In this document: positions 62,831 to 64,000 of the stretch, in pieces | How positions within the stretch are numbered: the stretch's first letter is position 1 | How the letters are laid out: each line of letters starts with the position of its first letter | Assembly: GCA_035084275.1 (NCBI GenBank) | Contig: CM068747.1 | Span: 16,120,001 to 16,184,000, forward strand | Origin: Hydrolagus colliei | Lineage: Eukaryota | Direction of reading: 5' to 3' | DNA: 64,000 nucleotides | Notes under the pieces: generated by a model | Told to the model about the DNA's origin: nothing | Databases searched by the model: none | The model's input: only the letters and a program-made list of their open reading frames with translations | Translations under genes and position numbers: made by a program

Positions 62831-63664
62831 ATAGCAGCTTATCACTTCTTTGAGACATGCAATGTCATTTTGAATGTCAGTGCAGTACTTAGCTTGCAGT
62901 GTTTTTTTTTAGCTAAGACGACATAGAGTCTTGTGGTCTATGAAACTCTCAGTAGGTTAATTGATTTTTTGAAATCAAAGTTACATGATTGTAGCACATT
63001 TGAGTTATGTGATAAAATTGCACAAGTTGAATTCAGGAAAGATTCTTAACCGTTTTTTTTTTTTAATTAACAATGTCAGAGACCAGTGGAAGGAACACTG
63101 TTGCTAATCAAGATGTAATCTCAAGTATTGTTGCTTCAAAAAAAAGTGCAAAATGGATATGCTCACTTCCAGTGCAGCATGACATGATTTATATTTCATG
63201 ATGTGACAACCAAACATGACTCTGCACTCGTGTATGTCTGCGGTTGTTCTCAAGGTAAGAGTCTGTAAAAGTTAAAAGCCACAGAAGGTGCATTGAGCTT
63301 GATTAATTTAGACAGCAGAGTTTTTATTAGATCTCATTCTTCTTAGTTTTGCCAAAGCACAGAGAGCACAAAAACAAGGAGTCCAGAAACCTGTCAGAAG
63401 ATTACAGATATTGCGCATAACCTTTGTGATGATCCTTTAGAGGACAATATTTTACTTAGAATAAATGTAAAATATCAGATGCTATAACCATAGAGATGTT
63501 TTGAGAAATTTTCACAGTTCTGGAACGGATGAAGTCCTGGATGGGACAAGGCATTTGCTTTTTCCTGTTAAATTTACGATTTGTTCCTCATTTTCCCTTC
63601 TCAATATATACACTCACACACACTTCTGTCTCTATTCCATGCTCTCACACTCACTCAATTTGTT

Positions 63665-63820
63665 TTTGTGGGACACTGCTGTGCATAATTGGTTGCTGCC
63701 TTTCACCCACAAAATGAGTTTCTGATCTGCAAAAGACACAGTCAATCTCCACTTTTTGAGATGTCTCAATGGCATAATAAACCGCTATTCAAATGCAAGG
63801 ATTAGTATTATTATAATTAT
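63665..63820 (+). mobile_element. tRNA-SINE 3' half, diverged
   Basis: TGTGGGACACTGCTGTG..CAAATGCAAGGATTAG. Confidence 0.75.
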
Positions 63821-64000
63821 AATTCAATCTGTTGCCACACTGGGATTCCTTACTCTCCGTACAAAATTCTTACATCCCTCTCACAGTCTTGCTATAGTCA
63901 CACACATCTTTTCTTTCTCTGGCCCATTCAGCTCATAATTCCAAGTCAGGAATCAATCATTTAGTGTTCGTAATAAATGTAGCTTATTTAATATTCACTC

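Noticed and set aside
63073-63260. Possible alternative LRP1B first exon ending AAG|GTAAG
   Set aside because: The phase-1 frame has a stop at 63185 and no ATG after it; no signal peptide or homology.

Overview
Repeat-rich vertebrate genomic DNA, most likely a cartilaginous fish and possibly a chimaera (inferred from the mix of L2, CR1, Penelope, DeuSINE-like and tRNA-SINE elements). The only host coding sequence I recognise is the first coding exon of LRP1B (42895-42976, +, signal peptide MSEFILALVTISGLLP..., phase-1 GT donor), so roughly 1-42.5 kb is upstream DNA and 43-64 kb is intron 1. Other contents: a young, near full-length L2 LINE (APE+RT, two frameshifts); many older L2 and CR1 fragments; a decayed Penelope element (RT+GIY-YIG); more than 20 copies of a tRNA-derived, L2-tailed SINE in two subfamilies; older DeuSINE-like and AmnSINE2-like copies; and several MITEs. 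The most notable observations are a TSD-flanked palindrome carrying two minimal hammerhead ribozyme motifs (33475-33715), a chimeric L2-tailed insert containing a histone H2B fragment (15268-16217), a near-perfect pre-miRNA-sized hairpin in LRP1B intron 1, two unclassified dispersed repeat families, and co-varying L2 stem-loop tails in three element families. Family assignments are by motif recognition from memory, not database search, and repeat boundaries are approximate.
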